DNA of 47,700 nucleotides from an uncultured Rhodospirillaceae bacterium. GTDB lineage: Bacteria > Pseudomonadota > Alphaproteobacteria > Rhodospirillales > Defluviicoccaceae. Below, one piece after another: positions 8,797-19,107 of this stretch. The position numbers were made by a program, and so were the translations under genes. Under the pieces are notes generated by a model. That model worked only from the letters and a program-made list of their open reading frames with translations. It was not told where the DNA came from and ran no database searches. How positions within the stretch are numbered: the stretch's first letter is position 1; each line of letters opens with the position of its first letter. The stretch is from positions 1 through 47,700 of the forward strand of contig CAZBWP010000002.1 of assembly GCA_964495295.1 (NCBI GenBank), written 5' to 3'.

Positions 8797-10470
8797 ATGG
8801 GTCCACTGCATCGTTCCGACACCGTGGCCGCCCCGGAAGCGGACCTGGTCGGCGTCTCGAGCCCGGCGCCGATGGCCGCCACCGCCGGTCCGGCGCCGAT
8901 GGGCGCCACCGCCGAGGGCCCGACGCCGATGGGCGATGCGGCCAGCGCGACCACGTCGGCCGACGATGCCGCGGCCCGCTGGCGCCTGCCGCTCGTCGTT
9001 CTCGGCGTCGTCCTCGCCGGCCTGTTGGGCGCCTTCGCCGAGACCGCCTGGTCGATGGTCGACAAGTGGTGGTCTGTCGGCACCTATGGCCATGGCTTTC
9101 TGATCGCTCCGGTGAGCGGCTACCTGATCTGGCGCCGCCGCGCGCTGCTGGCGGCGATCACCCCGTCGCCCTGTTTCTGGGGCCTGCCGCTAATGGCGGT
9201 GATCGGTCTCGGCTGGCTGCTCGGCGATATCGCCGGCGTCATGGTCGTCAAGCAGGCGGCGCTGGTTGCCTGGATTTGCGCGGTGGCGCTCACCGTGCTG
9301 GGCTGGCAGGTGATCCGCTGGATCCTGTTTCCACTCGGGTTTCTGTTCTTCTCGGTGCCCGTCGGCGATTTCCTGGTGGCGCCGATGCAGGACGTGACGG
9401 CGGTGATGTCCGTCGATCTGGTCCGCCGGTCCGGCGTGCCGGTGTTCATGGATGGTCTGCTGATCCACATTCCGACTGGCAGCTTCATCGTCGCTGAGGC
9501 CTGCTCCGGCGTGCGGTTCATGATCAGCACGCTGGCGCTCGGGTTTCTCGGCGCATACTTCTTCTACACCTCGTGGTGGCGGCGGCTGCTGTTCCTCGGC
9601 CTGGCCATTGTCGTGCCGATCATCGCCAACGGCATTCGCGCCTACCTGATCGTGATGATCGCCCATTGGAGCGATCACACCATGGCGGTCGGTGTCGATC
9701 ACCTGGTCTATGGCTGGGTGTTCCTCAGCTTCGTGACCTTGTGCCTGCTCGGCCTCGGCATGACGTTCCGCCAGACCGTGGAGGAACCCGGTCCCGAGGC
9801 CGTCGCCAACGATCCGCCGCGGCGCGGGAGCGGTCCGGCCCGGACGGTCGCGGCGGCGGCGGCGGCGCTTTTGCTGATCGCGACGGTTCCCGTCTACGGC
9901 AGCGTGATCGAAAGCCGCAGCCTGAGCGAACAGCACGCCGGACCGCAGGCTCCGCCGAAGGTCGGTGGTGCCTGGATGGCCGTGGACGAGGACGATCCGC
10001 TGGAGGTGCGGCTGCCCGGACTCGATCCGACGATCCAGCAATCGTATGCCGACGGTGACCGGCGCGTCCAGTTCATGACCGCCTACGTGCCGGTGCAGCG
10101 GCAGGGTCAGGAGGTTGTCAGCCAGTACCACAGCTTCGAGCAGGGCCCCTGGCTCAGGGTGCGGGGCGGGGTTGAGACCATCCCGTTCGCCGGCAACGAT
10201 CTGCGGGTTCGCGCCGTCGAGTTGCGGCGCAACTTCGAGGGGCGTCTCGTCTGGTTCTGGTATTGGGTGGACGGCCACCACACCTCGAGCCCGCTCGTCG
10301 CCAAACTGCTGGAAGTCAAGGCCAAGCTGCTCGGCGGTCGCCTGGATGCGGCGCTGATCGTGGTCGCGGCGGACTTCGTCGAGCAGCCCGCCGAGGCGAC
10401 GTCGGCCTTGGCGGCGTTCGTCGCGGATCTGGGTCCGCTCGAGGACTTTTTCGGCGACCCCGATGGCTGA
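8797..10470 (+). CDS. xrtA: exosortase A fused to a C-terminal EpsI-family domain
   Basis: Exosortase motifs WWSVGTYGHGFLI, FIVAEACSGVRFM and IIANGIRAY in a polytopic membrane body. The C-terminal ~170 aa (VQFMTAYVPVQRQGQEV...LVWFWYWVDGHHTSSPLVAKL) match the EpsI family. Start is uncertain: several in-frame Met codons precede the first TM helix. Confidence 0.85.
   Translation: MGPLHRSDTVAAPEADLVGVSSPAPMAATAGPAPMGATAEGPTPMGDAASATTSADDAAARWRLPLVVLGVVLAGLLGAFAETAWSMVDKWWSVGTYGHGFLIAPVSGYLIWRRRALLAAITPSPCFWGLPLMAVIGLGWLLGDIAGVMVVKQAALVAWICAVALTVLGWQVIRWILFPLGFLFFSVPVGDFLVAPMQDVTAVMSVDLVRRSGVPVFMDGLLIHIPTGSFIVAEACSGVRFMISTLALGFLGAYFFYTSWWRRLLFLGLAIVVPIIANGIRAYLIVMIAHWSDHTMAVGVDHLVYGWVFLSFVTLCLLGLGMTFRQTVEEPGPEAVANDPPRRGSGPARTVAAAAAALLLIATVPVYGSVIESRSLSEQHAGPQAPPKVGGAWMAVDEDDPLEVRLPGLDPTIQQSYADGDRRVQFMTAYVPVQRQGQEVVSQYHSFEQGPWLRVRGGVETIPFAGNDLRVRAVELRRNFEGRLVWFWYWVDGHHTSSPLVAKLLEVKAKLLGGRLDAALIVVAADFVEQPAEATSALAAFVADLGPLEDFFGDPDG
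8863..8940 (+). repeat. imperfect 27-30-bp tandem repeat x3 encoding P(A/T)PM(A/G)-A-T-A
   Basis: Units are CCGGCGCCGATGGCCGCCACCGCCGGT (8863-8889), a second unit at 8890-8919 and a third at 8920-~8940. They lie in the pre-TM N-terminal tail of the xrtA ORF. Confidence 0.7.
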
Positions 10471-10566
10471 TCGGGCATCGAAGGGCCGATCGTCCTCGAA
10501 CGCACGCCAGCCCCACCGCCATCGCACCAGCCGGCCCGCGCCGGCGCCCACGGTCGGCGCCACTCC

Positions 10567-10608
10567 CACAGCCCCAGCCACAGCCCCAGCCACAGCCCCA
10601 ACCACAGG
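10567..10608. repeat. 12-bp tandem repeat x3.5 (CACAGCCCCAGC)
   Basis: Units at 10567-10578, 10579-10590 and 10591-10602 (one mismatch), then a partial fourth. Lies in the 153-bp spacer between xrtA-epsI and the amidotransferase. Confidence 0.85.
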
Positions 10609-10623
10609 CACGGACAAGCCCGC

Positions 10624-12564
10624 ATGTGTGGTATCGTCGGCATTCTCGACACCGTAGGCGCCCGGCCGATCGATCGCGCCCTGCTCGCGGCGATGAACGA
10701 CACGCAGGCGCATCGCGGCCCCGATGCCGCGGGCCTGTATACCGGCGACGGCATCGGTCTCGGCCACCGGCGCCTGTCGATCATCGATCTCGCCGGCGGC
10801 CAGCAGCCGCTGTTCAACGAAGACGGCAGCGTCGTCGTCATCTTCAACGGCGAGATCTACAATTTCCAGGCGCTGACGCGGGAGTTGCAGGCCGCGGGGC
10901 ACAGCTTCGCGACGCACTCCGACACCGAAGCGATCGTCCACGCCTGGGAAGAGTGGGGCGAGGCGTGCGTCGAGCGGTTCCGTGGCATGTTCGCCTTCGC
11001 CATCTGGGACACCCGGACCCGCACCCTGTTCATCGCCCGCGACCGGCTCGGCATCAAGCCGCTGTACTACGCGGTTCTCGACGACGGCACCTTCCTGTTC
11101 GCTTCGGAGCTGAAGGGCGTGCTGCGTCATCCCGACCTGCCGCGGACGCTCGACGTGTGCGCGATCGAGGACTATTTCGCCTACGGCTACATTCCCGACC
11201 CGCGCACGATCTACGCCAGCGTGGCGAAACTGCCGCCGGGGCACACCCTGACGATCCGACCGGGCGCTCCCCGGCCGGCGCCGCGGCAGTTCTGGAACCT
11301 CGCTTTCGCCCCCCGCGACGATCGCAGCGAGCGGCAGCTCTGTGACGAGTTCCACGAGCAGTTGCGGGAGGCGGTGCGACTGCGCCTGATCGCCGATGTG
11401 CCGCTGGGTGCCTTCCTCTCGGGCGGCGTCGATTCGAGTGCCGTCGTGGCGACCATGGCGGGGTTGTCCCAGTCGCCCGTGGTCACATGCTCGATTGCCT
11501 TCGGCGAAGAAGCCTACGACGAGGCCCGCTACGCGCGCCTGGTCGCCGACCGGTACCGGACCGACCACAAGGTGCGCGCGGTCGACCCGACGGCGTACGA
11601 CCTCATCGACCGGCTGGCCACGATCTATGACGAGCCGTTCGCCGACAGTTCCGCGATCCCCACCTATCGGGTCTGCGAACTGGGCCGCGAGCACGTGACC
11701 GTGGCCCTGTCCGGCGACGGTGGCGACGAGGCGTTCGCCGGCTACACGCGCTATCGCTGGCTCGACCAGGACGAGCGCATCCGAAGGTGCGTCCCGCGCG
11801 GCTTGCGTCGCCCGCTCTTCGGCGGGCTCGGCGACCTGCTGCCGGCGAACGCCGCGTGGGGACCGAAGCTGGTGAACGCGAAGGCCACGCTGCAGTCGCT
11901 CGGCCGTGACCTGGTGGAAGGCTATTTCCACGAGATCTCGGTGATCAAGGAGGCCGACCGGATGCGTTTGTATTCGCCGACGCTCCGACGCGGGCTGCAG
12001 GGCTACCAGGCCATCGAGGTGCTGCGCGGCCATATCGAGAGCGCGCCGGCCGACGACCATGTGGCGCGGATCCAGTACGCCGACTTCAAGACCTATCTGC
12101 CCGGCGATATTCTGACGAAGGTGGATCGCGCCAGCATGGCGCACGCGCTGGAGGTGCGCGTGCCGATCCTCGACCATAAGCTGCTGGAATGGGCGGCCAC
12201 CGTGCCGACGCACATGAAATTGCGCGGCCGCGAGGGAAAATACCTGATGAAGAAGGCGCTGGAGCCGCTGTTGCCGCACGAGGTGATGTACCGCAGGAAG
12301 ATGGGCTTCGCCGTGCCGATCGCGGAATGGTTCCGCGGGCCGCTGCAAGACCGGGTGCGCGCGGCGCTGACCGGCCAGCGCCTGCAGGACACGGGCCTGT
12401 TCGACGGGACGGCGATCGCCGGACTGATCGACGATCACGTGGCCGGCACCGGCAACCACAGCGGCAGTCTGTGGGCGCTGTTGATGTTCGAGTCCTTCCT
12501 GCGGCAGGTCCACGACGTGTCGCGAGCCCCGGCCGACACCGCGCCGGCCGCCATCGAGGCCTGA
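10624..12564 (+). CDS. XrtA/PEP-CTERM system amidotransferase (asparagine synthase, glutamine-hydrolysing family)
   Basis: Starts MCGIVGIL (Ntn Cys2). Also has HRGPD, HRRLSIIDL, and the AsnB PP-loop FLSGGVDSS. Location is directly after xrtA/epsI. Confidence 0.9.
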   Translation: MCGIVGILDTVGARPIDRALLAAMNDTQAHRGPDAAGLYTGDGIGLGHRRLSIIDLAGGQQPLFNEDGSVVVIFNGEIYNFQALTRELQAAGHSFATHSDTEAIVHAWEEWGEACVERFRGMFAFAIWDTRTRTLFIARDRLGIKPLYYAVLDDGTFLFASELKGVLRHPDLPRTLDVCAIEDYFAYGYIPDPRTIYASVAKLPPGHTLTIRPGAPRPAPRQFWNLAFAPRDDRSERQLCDEFHEQLREAVRLRLIADVPLGAFLSGGVDSSAVVATMAGLSQSPVVTCSIAFGEEAYDEARYARLVADRYRTDHKVRAVDPTAYDLIDRLATIYDEPFADSSAIPTYRVCELGREHVTVALSGDGGDEAFAGYTRYRWLDQDERIRRCVPRGLRRPLFGGLGDLLPANAAWGPKLVNAKATLQSLGRDLVEGYFHEISVIKEADRMRLYSPTLRRGLQGYQAIEVLRGHIESAPADDHVARIQYADFKTYLPGDILTKVDRASMAHALEVRVPILDHKLLEWAATVPTHMKLRGREGKYLMKKALEPLLPHEVMYRRKMGFAVPIAEWFRGPLQDRVRAALTGQRLQDTGLFDGTAIAGLIDDHVAGTGNHSGSLWALLMFESFLRQVHDVSRAPADTAPAAIEA

Positions 12565-12689
12565 GCCCGACCCGCGGCGATGGCGCACGGAGCTTGGCGA
12601 AGCCTGCCGGCGCCGGCGCTGGTTGGGGTCCGGACCCGTGTTTACGGGTTGACTTGGCGCGGGGACACGGCGATACATTAGGAAGAGGG

Positions 12690-12713
12690 ATGATCTTAGT
12701 GTCAGGTCAATGA
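12690..12713 (+). promoter_or_regulatory. candidate leader mini-ORF MILVSGQ upstream of leuA
   Basis: AGGAAGAGGG precedes ATG ATC TTA GTG TCA GGT CAA TGA. This gives consecutive Ile-Leu-Val codons, with Leu encoded by TTA in a very GC-rich context, 222 nt upstream of the leuA ATG. Confidence 0.4.
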
Positions 12714-12831
12714 GCGCATCGCACTCAGTCGAGAACGGGAGGGACGGTGGTCCCGCCGGAGCCGGTCGGTTCCGGATCGTCCTGGGTGCGTCTCGCGCTG
12801 CTCTACCGCTCACGGGCCTTCGACTTATCGG

Positions 12832-12878
12832 CCCCTGAACGCGCGACCACCCGCGCTTGGGCTGGCTGCGTTCAGGGG
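12832..12878 (+). promoter_or_regulatory. 11-bp stem-loop in the leuA leader
   Basis: CCCCTGAACGC (12832-12842) pairs perfectly with GCGTTCAGGGG (12868-12878). An upstream GGGCC...GGCCC hairpin overlaps its 5' arm, giving possible alternative structures. Confidence 0.4.
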
Positions 12879-12934
12879 GAAAGTGGCGCCGTTCCGACCG
12901 CTTCCTTAAGTTGCGACACGAAGGACCCGAAATC

Positions 12935-14485
12935 ATGAGCACGAACAGCGATCCCGATCGCGTCATCATCTTCGACACGACCATGCGCGACGGCGAGCAA
13001 TCGCCGGGCGCGTCCATGAACCTGGACGAAAAACTGAAGATCGCCGCCATCCTCGAGGAACTGGGCGTCGACGTCATCGAGGCCGGGTTTCCGGCCGCTT
13101 CGCCCGGCGATTTCGAGGCGGTGCATGCGATCGCCCGATCGGTGACGGAGTCGACGGTCTGCGGCCTCAGCCGCGCCGGCCGCGGCGACATCGAGCGGAC
13201 CGCCGAGGCGATCAAGCCGGCGGCGCGCGGCAGAATCCACACGTTCATCGCCACCAGCCCGCTGCACATGCAGTACAAGCTGAAGCTCTCGCCCGACGAG
13301 GTGCTGGAGCGCATCGTCGACAGTGTGACGTTCGCCCGCCAGTTCACCGACGACGTGGAGTGGTCGTGCGAGGACGGGTCGCGCAGTGAGCACGACTTCC
13401 TCTGCCGCTGCGTGGAGACGGCGATCGCCTGCGGCGCCCGCACCATCAACGTGCCGGACACGGTCGGCTATGCGGTGCCGGACGAGTTCGCGGCGTTGAT
13501 CGCGATGCTGCGCAACCGCGTCCCGAACATCGATCGGGCCGTTCTGTCGGTGCACTGCCACAACGATCTGGGGCTGGCCGTCGCCAACTCCCTGGCGGCG
13601 GTGCGCGCCGGGGCCCGGCAGGTGGAGTGCACCATCAACGGGCTCGGGGAACGCGCCGGCAACGCGGCGATGGAAGAGATCGTCATGGCGCTGCGCACCC
13701 GCCGCGACTTCATGCCGTACACGACCGGGATCAGGACCGAGCACTTCATGCGGGCCTCGCGCCTGGTCTCCGCGGTGACCGGCTTCGTGGTGCAGCCCAA
13801 CAAGGCGATCGTCGGCGAGAACGCCTTCCGGCACGAATCGGGGATCCACCAGGACGGCATGCTGAAACATGCCGGAACCTACGAGATCATGACCCCGGAG
13901 TCCGTCGGCCTGCAGAAATCGACGCTGGTGCTGGGCAAGCTGTCAGGCCGCAACGCGTTCCGCGAGAAGCTGAAGGAACTGGGCTACGAGCTGGGCGACA
14001 ACGCGCTCACCGACGCCTTCGACCGGTTCAAGCGTCTGGCCGACCGCAAGCGGGAGATCTTCGACGAGGACATCATCGCACTGGTCGACGATGAAGTGAT
14101 GCGCGTCAACGACCGCATCAACTTGGTCTCCATGGACCTGACGTGCGGCACCCGCGAGCCCCGGGCGCGCATCGAACTCGCGATCGACGGCGCGGTCGAG
14201 GCCTGCGAAGCCAGCGGCGACGGTCCCGTCGACGCGGCGTTCCGCTGCATCCGTCAATTGGTGCCGACGGAGGCACGCCTGCAGCTCTATCAGGTGCACG
14301 CCGTCACCGGCGGCACCGATGCCCAGGCCGAGGTCACGGTGCGACTCGATGAGCATGGACGCACCGTAAACGGGCGCGGCGCCGACACCGACACCATGGT
14401 GGCGTCGGCGAAAGCCTACGTGAACGCGCTGAACAAGTTGTTGGTCAAGCGGGAGAAAACCGCGCCGTCGGCGCGGACCGCCTGA
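12935..14485 (+). CDS. leuA: 2-isopropylmalate synthase
   Basis: [28 protein letters not shown]..., [17 protein letters not shown], and a C-terminal LeuA dimerisation/regulatory domain. Start ATG 12935 was chosen inside the longer track ORF. Confidence 0.95.
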   Translation: MSTNSDPDRVIIFDTTMRDGEQSPGASMNLDEKLKIAAILEELGVDVIEAGFPAASPGDFEAVHAIARSVTESTVCGLSRAGRGDIERTAEAIKPAARGRIHTFIATSPLHMQYKLKLSPDEVLERIVDSVTFARQFTDDVEWSCEDGSRSEHDFLCRCVETAIACGARTINVPDTVGYAVPDEFAALIAMLRNRVPNIDRAVLSVHCHNDLGLAVANSLAAVRAGARQVECTINGLGERAGNAAMEEIVMALRTRRDFMPYTTGIRTEHFMRASRLVSAVTGFVVQPNKAIVGENAFRHESGIHQDGMLKHAGTYEIMTPESVGLQKSTLVLGKLSGRNAFREKLKELGYELGDNALTDAFDRFKRLADRKREIFDEDIIALVDDEVMRVNDRINLVSMDLTCGTREPRARIELAIDGAVEACEASGDGPVDAAFRCIRQLVPTEARLQLYQVHAVTGGTDAQAEVTVRLDEHGRTVNGRGADTDTMVASAKAYVNALNKLLVKREKTAPSARTA

Positions 14486-14539
14486 TTGCGCCGCGCGACG
14501 GCCTTGTCAACCGCCGGCCGTCGTGTACAAACCGACTAA

Positions 14540-15664
<1,125 letters not shown>

Positions 15665-15774
15665 TTGTTTTCAGTGAGATGTTGTGAAACGCTGATTGGC
15701 AATCGAGAACGAGTTGGGGGAGTGGACGCGTGGTCAAGGCAGCGTGTGAAACCTCCCAGGGCGATTGAGGCTCC

Positions 15775-16698
15775 GTGAACGAAAGACCGAGATCCGATCC
15801 CCGTCCCGCCGTCGCCGTCCGCGGCGTCCTGCAGCGCTTCGCCTCCGCCGGTCTGGTCATGACCGCCGTCAGCCTGTTGCTGCTCGGCAAGGTCGACGCG
15901 GTTCTCATGGAGCGGTTCCGCAGCGCCGTCAGCGATACGGTGGCGCCGCTGCTCGACGCTCTCGCCACGCCGACGGAAGCGGTCGGCGGCACCATCGCCG
16001 GCGTCTACGACCTGGTCACGTTGCGGGAGGAGAACTCCCGGCTCCGCGAGGACCGCGAACTCATGCTGCGTTGGCAGGCGATGGCCCTGCGTCTGGAAGC
16101 GGAAAACGCGGCGCTCCGCAAGCTCCTCAACCTGGTTCCCGAACCCGGCGCCAAATATGTCACCGCCCGGGTCATCGCCGATCCCGGCGGAACTTTCGCC
16201 CAGAGCCTGCTCGTCAATGGCGGTCGCGCCGATGGCATCGGCATCGGCCACGCGGTGCTGTCGAGCGATGGCGTCGTCGGCCGCATCGTCGGTGTCGCCG
16301 AGCACTCGGCCAGAATCCTGATGGTCACCGACCTCAATTCCCGCATCCCGGTCGTCGTCATGCCGTCGGGTGCCCGCGGGGTGCTGGCCGGCGACAACAC
16401 CCAGCGCCCGCGCCTGCTGCACACCGGCGCCGATGTGCGGGTCGCGCCGGGAGACCAAGTGTTGACGTCGGGAGACGGCGGGGCGTTTCCGCCGGGCCTG
16501 CGGCTGGGCATCGTCGCGACGGTGGATGAGGGCGGGATCGCGGTCGTGCCCCACGTCAGCCGCGATCGGGTGAGCTATGTGGAGGTCGTCGATTTCGGGC
16601 TGGCCGGCATCCTCGGCAGCCGCATCAAGGGCGGCGGGGCCTCCGAGCCCGACACTACGACCGGGAACGGACGACGGAGGATGGCGTCGACCCGGTGA
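15775..16698 (+). CDS. mreC: rod shape-determining protein MreC
   Basis: Positioned after mreB. Has an N-terminal TM segment, a coiled-coil (LREENSRLREDRELMLRWQ..LEAENAALRKLL) and a beta-barrel region (GIGIGHAVLSSDGVVGRIV). GTG start with GAGG upstream. Confidence 0.88.
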   Translation: MNERPRSDPRPAVAVRGVLQRFASAGLVMTAVSLLLLGKVDAVLMERFRSAVSDTVAPLLDALATPTEAVGGTIAGVYDLVTLREENSRLREDRELMLRWQAMALRLEAENAALRKLLNLVPEPGAKYVTARVIADPGGTFAQSLLVNGGRADGIGIGHAVLSSDGVVGRIVGVAEHSARILMVTDLNSRIPVVVMPSGARGVLAGDNTQRPRLLHTGADVRVAPGDQVLTSGDGGAFPPGLRLGIVATVDEGGIAVVPHVSRDRVSYVEVVDFGLAGILGSRIKGGGASEPDTTTGNGRRRMASTR

Positions 16699-17216
16699 AG
16701 CGATCGCTCTGGATGAAGCTGGACGCGACGGCGCGGCAGTTGACACCCTTCGGTTCTGCGATCCTGTTCACGGTTCTGGCCGTCCTGCCCCTGGACCTGC
16801 CGATGATCGGGAGCGTCAGTCCGGTGTGGCCCTTGATCCCGGTCTATGTCTGGTCGCTGCTGCGTCCGGATCTTTTCCCTGCCATCGCCGCATTCGCGAC
16901 CGGGGTTTTGTATGATGCCCTCAGCGGCGCGCCGATCGGCGCCAATGCCGCGGTGTTCGTCGTCGTCCAGATCGTCGTGTCCGGGGAGCGGCAGCGGCTG
17001 TTCTTTCACGGCAAGCCGTTCCCGCTCGTCTGGTTCGGCTTCGCGCTGATCCTGTTCGGCGCGCTTGCCATCGCATGGTTGCTGTCGAGCGCCTGGAACG
17101 GCATGTTGTTGCCGGCCCGGGTGCTGGGGCTGCAATTCCTGGTGACGTTCGGACTGTTTCCGCTGGCGGCGTGGGCGCTGTACGGTTGGCAGCGGTTGAT
17201 TCTGAGGCAGGCTTGA
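16695..17216 (+). CDS. mreD: rod shape-determining protein MreD
   Basis: 173-aa polytopic membrane ORF. GTGA overlap with the mreC stop, and immediately upstream of mrdA. Confidence 0.8.
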   Translation: MKRSLWMKLDATARQLTPFGSAILFTVLAVLPLDLPMIGSVSPVWPLIPVYVWSLLRPDLFPAIAAFATGVLYDALSGAPIGANAAVFVVVQIVVSGERQRLFFHGKPFPLVWFGFALILFGALAIAWLLSSAWNGMLLPARVLGLQFLVTFGLFPLAAWALYGWQRLILRQA

Positions 17217-17217
17217 G

Positions 17218-19092
17218 ATGTATCGCGACGCGGACCGGCAGAAGGTTTTCACCCGCCGGGCGCTGATGCTGGCCGGCGGCAAAATGCTGCTGCTGAGCGG
17301 CCTCGCCGGTCGCATGTATGAGTTGCAGGTGGTCGAATCGAGCCGGTATGCGACCCTGGCGGAGGAGAACCGGATCAACCTGCGCCTGTTGGAGCCGAGC
17401 CGCGGGCGAATCTTCGACCGCTTCGGGCGTCCGCTGGCGGTCAACCGCCGCACCTATCGCATCCTCCTGGTCGCCGAGGATGCGCCCGACGTGCGCGCGA
17501 CCCTGGCGGCGCTGCGCACCATCGTCGCCATCGACGGCGAGGCGGAGGCGCGTGTCCTGCGCGACGTGCAGCGGCGCCGCAAGTTCATCCCGGTCACCGT
17601 GCACGACGACCTGCAGTGGGAGCAGGTCGCCCGCGTCGAGGTGAACACCCCGGAACTGCCCGGCATTTCCATCGATGAAGGCCAGCGGCGGAGCTATCCG
17701 CACGGCACCGAACTGGCGCACGTCATCGGCTACGTGGCCGCCGTCTCCGAGAACGAACTGACCGGCGACCCGTTGCTGGAACTGCCGGGCTTTCGAATCG
17801 GCAAATCGGGGATCGAGAAGGTCCACGACCTGAGCCTGCGTGGCGCGGGTGGTCGTTCGGCGGTCGAGGTGAACGCGTTTGGCCGGGTCATCCGCGAGCT
17901 GTCGCGCAAGGAGGGCGCCGCCGGCGCCGACCTGCGAACGACCATCGATCTCGATCTGCAACTGGCCGCCAGCCGGCGGCTCGGTTCGGAAAGCGCCGCG
18001 CTGGTCGTCATCGATGTCCACAGCGGCGAGATCCGCGCGCTCGTCTCCAATCCGGGCTTCGATCCCAATGCCTTTTCGCGAGGCCTGAGCCGCGAGGAAT
18101 GGCAGGCTCTGGTCGACGACCCGCGGGCGCCGCTGACCAACAAGGCGATCGCCGGCCAGTACGCGCCGGGATCGACGTTCAAGATGGCGGTGGCGCTGGC
18201 GGCGCTGGAGCGTGGGGTCATCAACGAGGCGTCGACCGAGTTCTGTCCGGGCCACCTCAAGATCGGCAACCACGCCTTCCATTGCTGGAAGCGGGGCGGG
18301 CATGGCCGGATGAACCTGCGCAGCGCGATCGTCGAATCGTGCGACGTCTATTTCTATGAGGTGGCACGGAAACTCGGCATCGACCGCCTCTCCGCGGGCG
18401 CCGAACGGCTCGGTCTCGGGCAGACGCTCGGCATCGACCTGCCGGGTGAGCGGGCAGGGCTGCTGCCGACCCGCGCGTGGAAGCAGGCGGCCTTGGGCAA
18501 GCCGTGGCTCGCCGGCGAAACGGTGATCGCCGGCATCGGCCAGGGGTACGTTCTGTCGACGCCGCTGCAGCTTGCCGTGATGACCGCGCGCCTCGTCAAT
18601 GGCGGCCACGCGGTGACGCCGCGCCTGACCGTGCCGGCAGCGGGCGGTGCCGCGGCCGGGCAGGGGGCGGCGCCGGTGGGATTCGCTCCCCAGCATCTGA
18701 ACGCGGTGCGCGAGGCCATGGTCGCCGTCGTCGCCGACCGTCGCGGCACCGCCCGCGGCGCCGCCATCGGCGATCCCGCCCTGGAGATGGGCGGCAAGAC
18801 CGGCACCTCTCAGGTGCGGCGCATTACCGCCGCGGAGCGCGCCGCGGGCGTCCGCAAGAACGAGGACCTGCCTTGGGAACGGCGTGACCACGCATTGTTC
18901 GTCGGCTTCGCCCCGGCCCATGCTCCGCGCTATGCGGTGGCCGTGATCATCGAACACGGCGGCGGCGGCGCCAAGGCCGCGGCTCCGGTGGCGCGGGACA
19001 TCCTGCGCGAGGCGCAAAGGCTGGACGCGGAGCGCGCCGGGAGCCGGCCCGCCGCCGATGCGTCGCCGCCGCCCGACGGGGCACGGACATGA
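17218..19092 (+). CDS. mrdA: penicillin-binding protein 2 (elongasome transpeptidase)
   Basis: RGRIFDRFGRPLA in the N-terminal domain. Transpeptidase motifs STFK (PGSTFKM), SCD/SxN region (ESCDVYF) and KTGT (GGKTGTSQV). Confidence 0.93.
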   Translation: MYRDADRQKVFTRRALMLAGGKMLLLSGLAGRMYELQVVESSRYATLAEENRINLRLLEPSRGRIFDRFGRPLAVNRRTYRILLVAEDAPDVRATLAALRTIVAIDGEAEARVLRDVQRRRKFIPVTVHDDLQWEQVARVEVNTPELPGISIDEGQRRSYPHGTELAHVIGYVAAVSENELTGDPLLELPGFRIGKSGIEKVHDLSLRGAGGRSAVEVNAFGRVIRELSRKEGAAGADLRTTIDLDLQLAASRRLGSESAALVVIDVHSGEIRALVSNPGFDPNAFSRGLSREEWQALVDDPRAPLTNKAIAGQYAPGSTFKMAVALAALERGVINEASTEFCPGHLKIGNHAFHCWKRGGHGRMNLRSAIVESCDVYFYEVARKLGIDRLSAGAERLGLGQTLGIDLPGERAGLLPTRAWKQAALGKPWLAGETVIAGIGQGYVLSTPLQLAVMTARLVNGGHAVTPRLTVPAAGGAAAGQGAAPVGFAPQHLNAVREAMVAVVADRRGTARGAAIGDPALEMGGKTGTSQVRRITAAERAAGVRKNEDLPWERRDHALFVGFAPAHAPRYAVAVIIEHGGGGAKAAAPVARDILREAQRLDAERAGSRPAADASPPPDGART

Positions 19093-19107
19093 GGCGGGAG
19101 CCGTAGC

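Noticed and set aside
1751-10608. The tandem repeats (26-bp x3, 27-30-bp x3, 12-bp x3.5), considered as CRISPR arrays
   Set aside because: The units are directly adjacent with no unique spacers, are far too few and too short, and no cas genes are present.
10463-10657. 64-aa ORF (…TAPATAPATAPTT…) spanning the 12-bp repeat
   Set aside because: Its repetitive peptide is simply the translation of the minisatellite. It overlaps the start of the amidotransferase and has no RBS or protein-like composition.
12747-12938. 63-aa ORF in the leuA leader, considered as a leader peptide or small protein
   Set aside because: It has no RBS and no Leu-rich run, and it runs into the leuA start. The 7-codon MILVSGQ mini-ORF upstream is the better leader candidate.
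9190-13461. 1423-aa minus-strand ORF, the longest in the track
   Set aside because: It lies antisense to xrtA-epsI, the amidotransferase and leuA, all of which have clear family motifs. Its translation is Arg/Gly/Pro/His-rich low-complexity sequence, typical of stop-free shadow frames in high-GC DNA.
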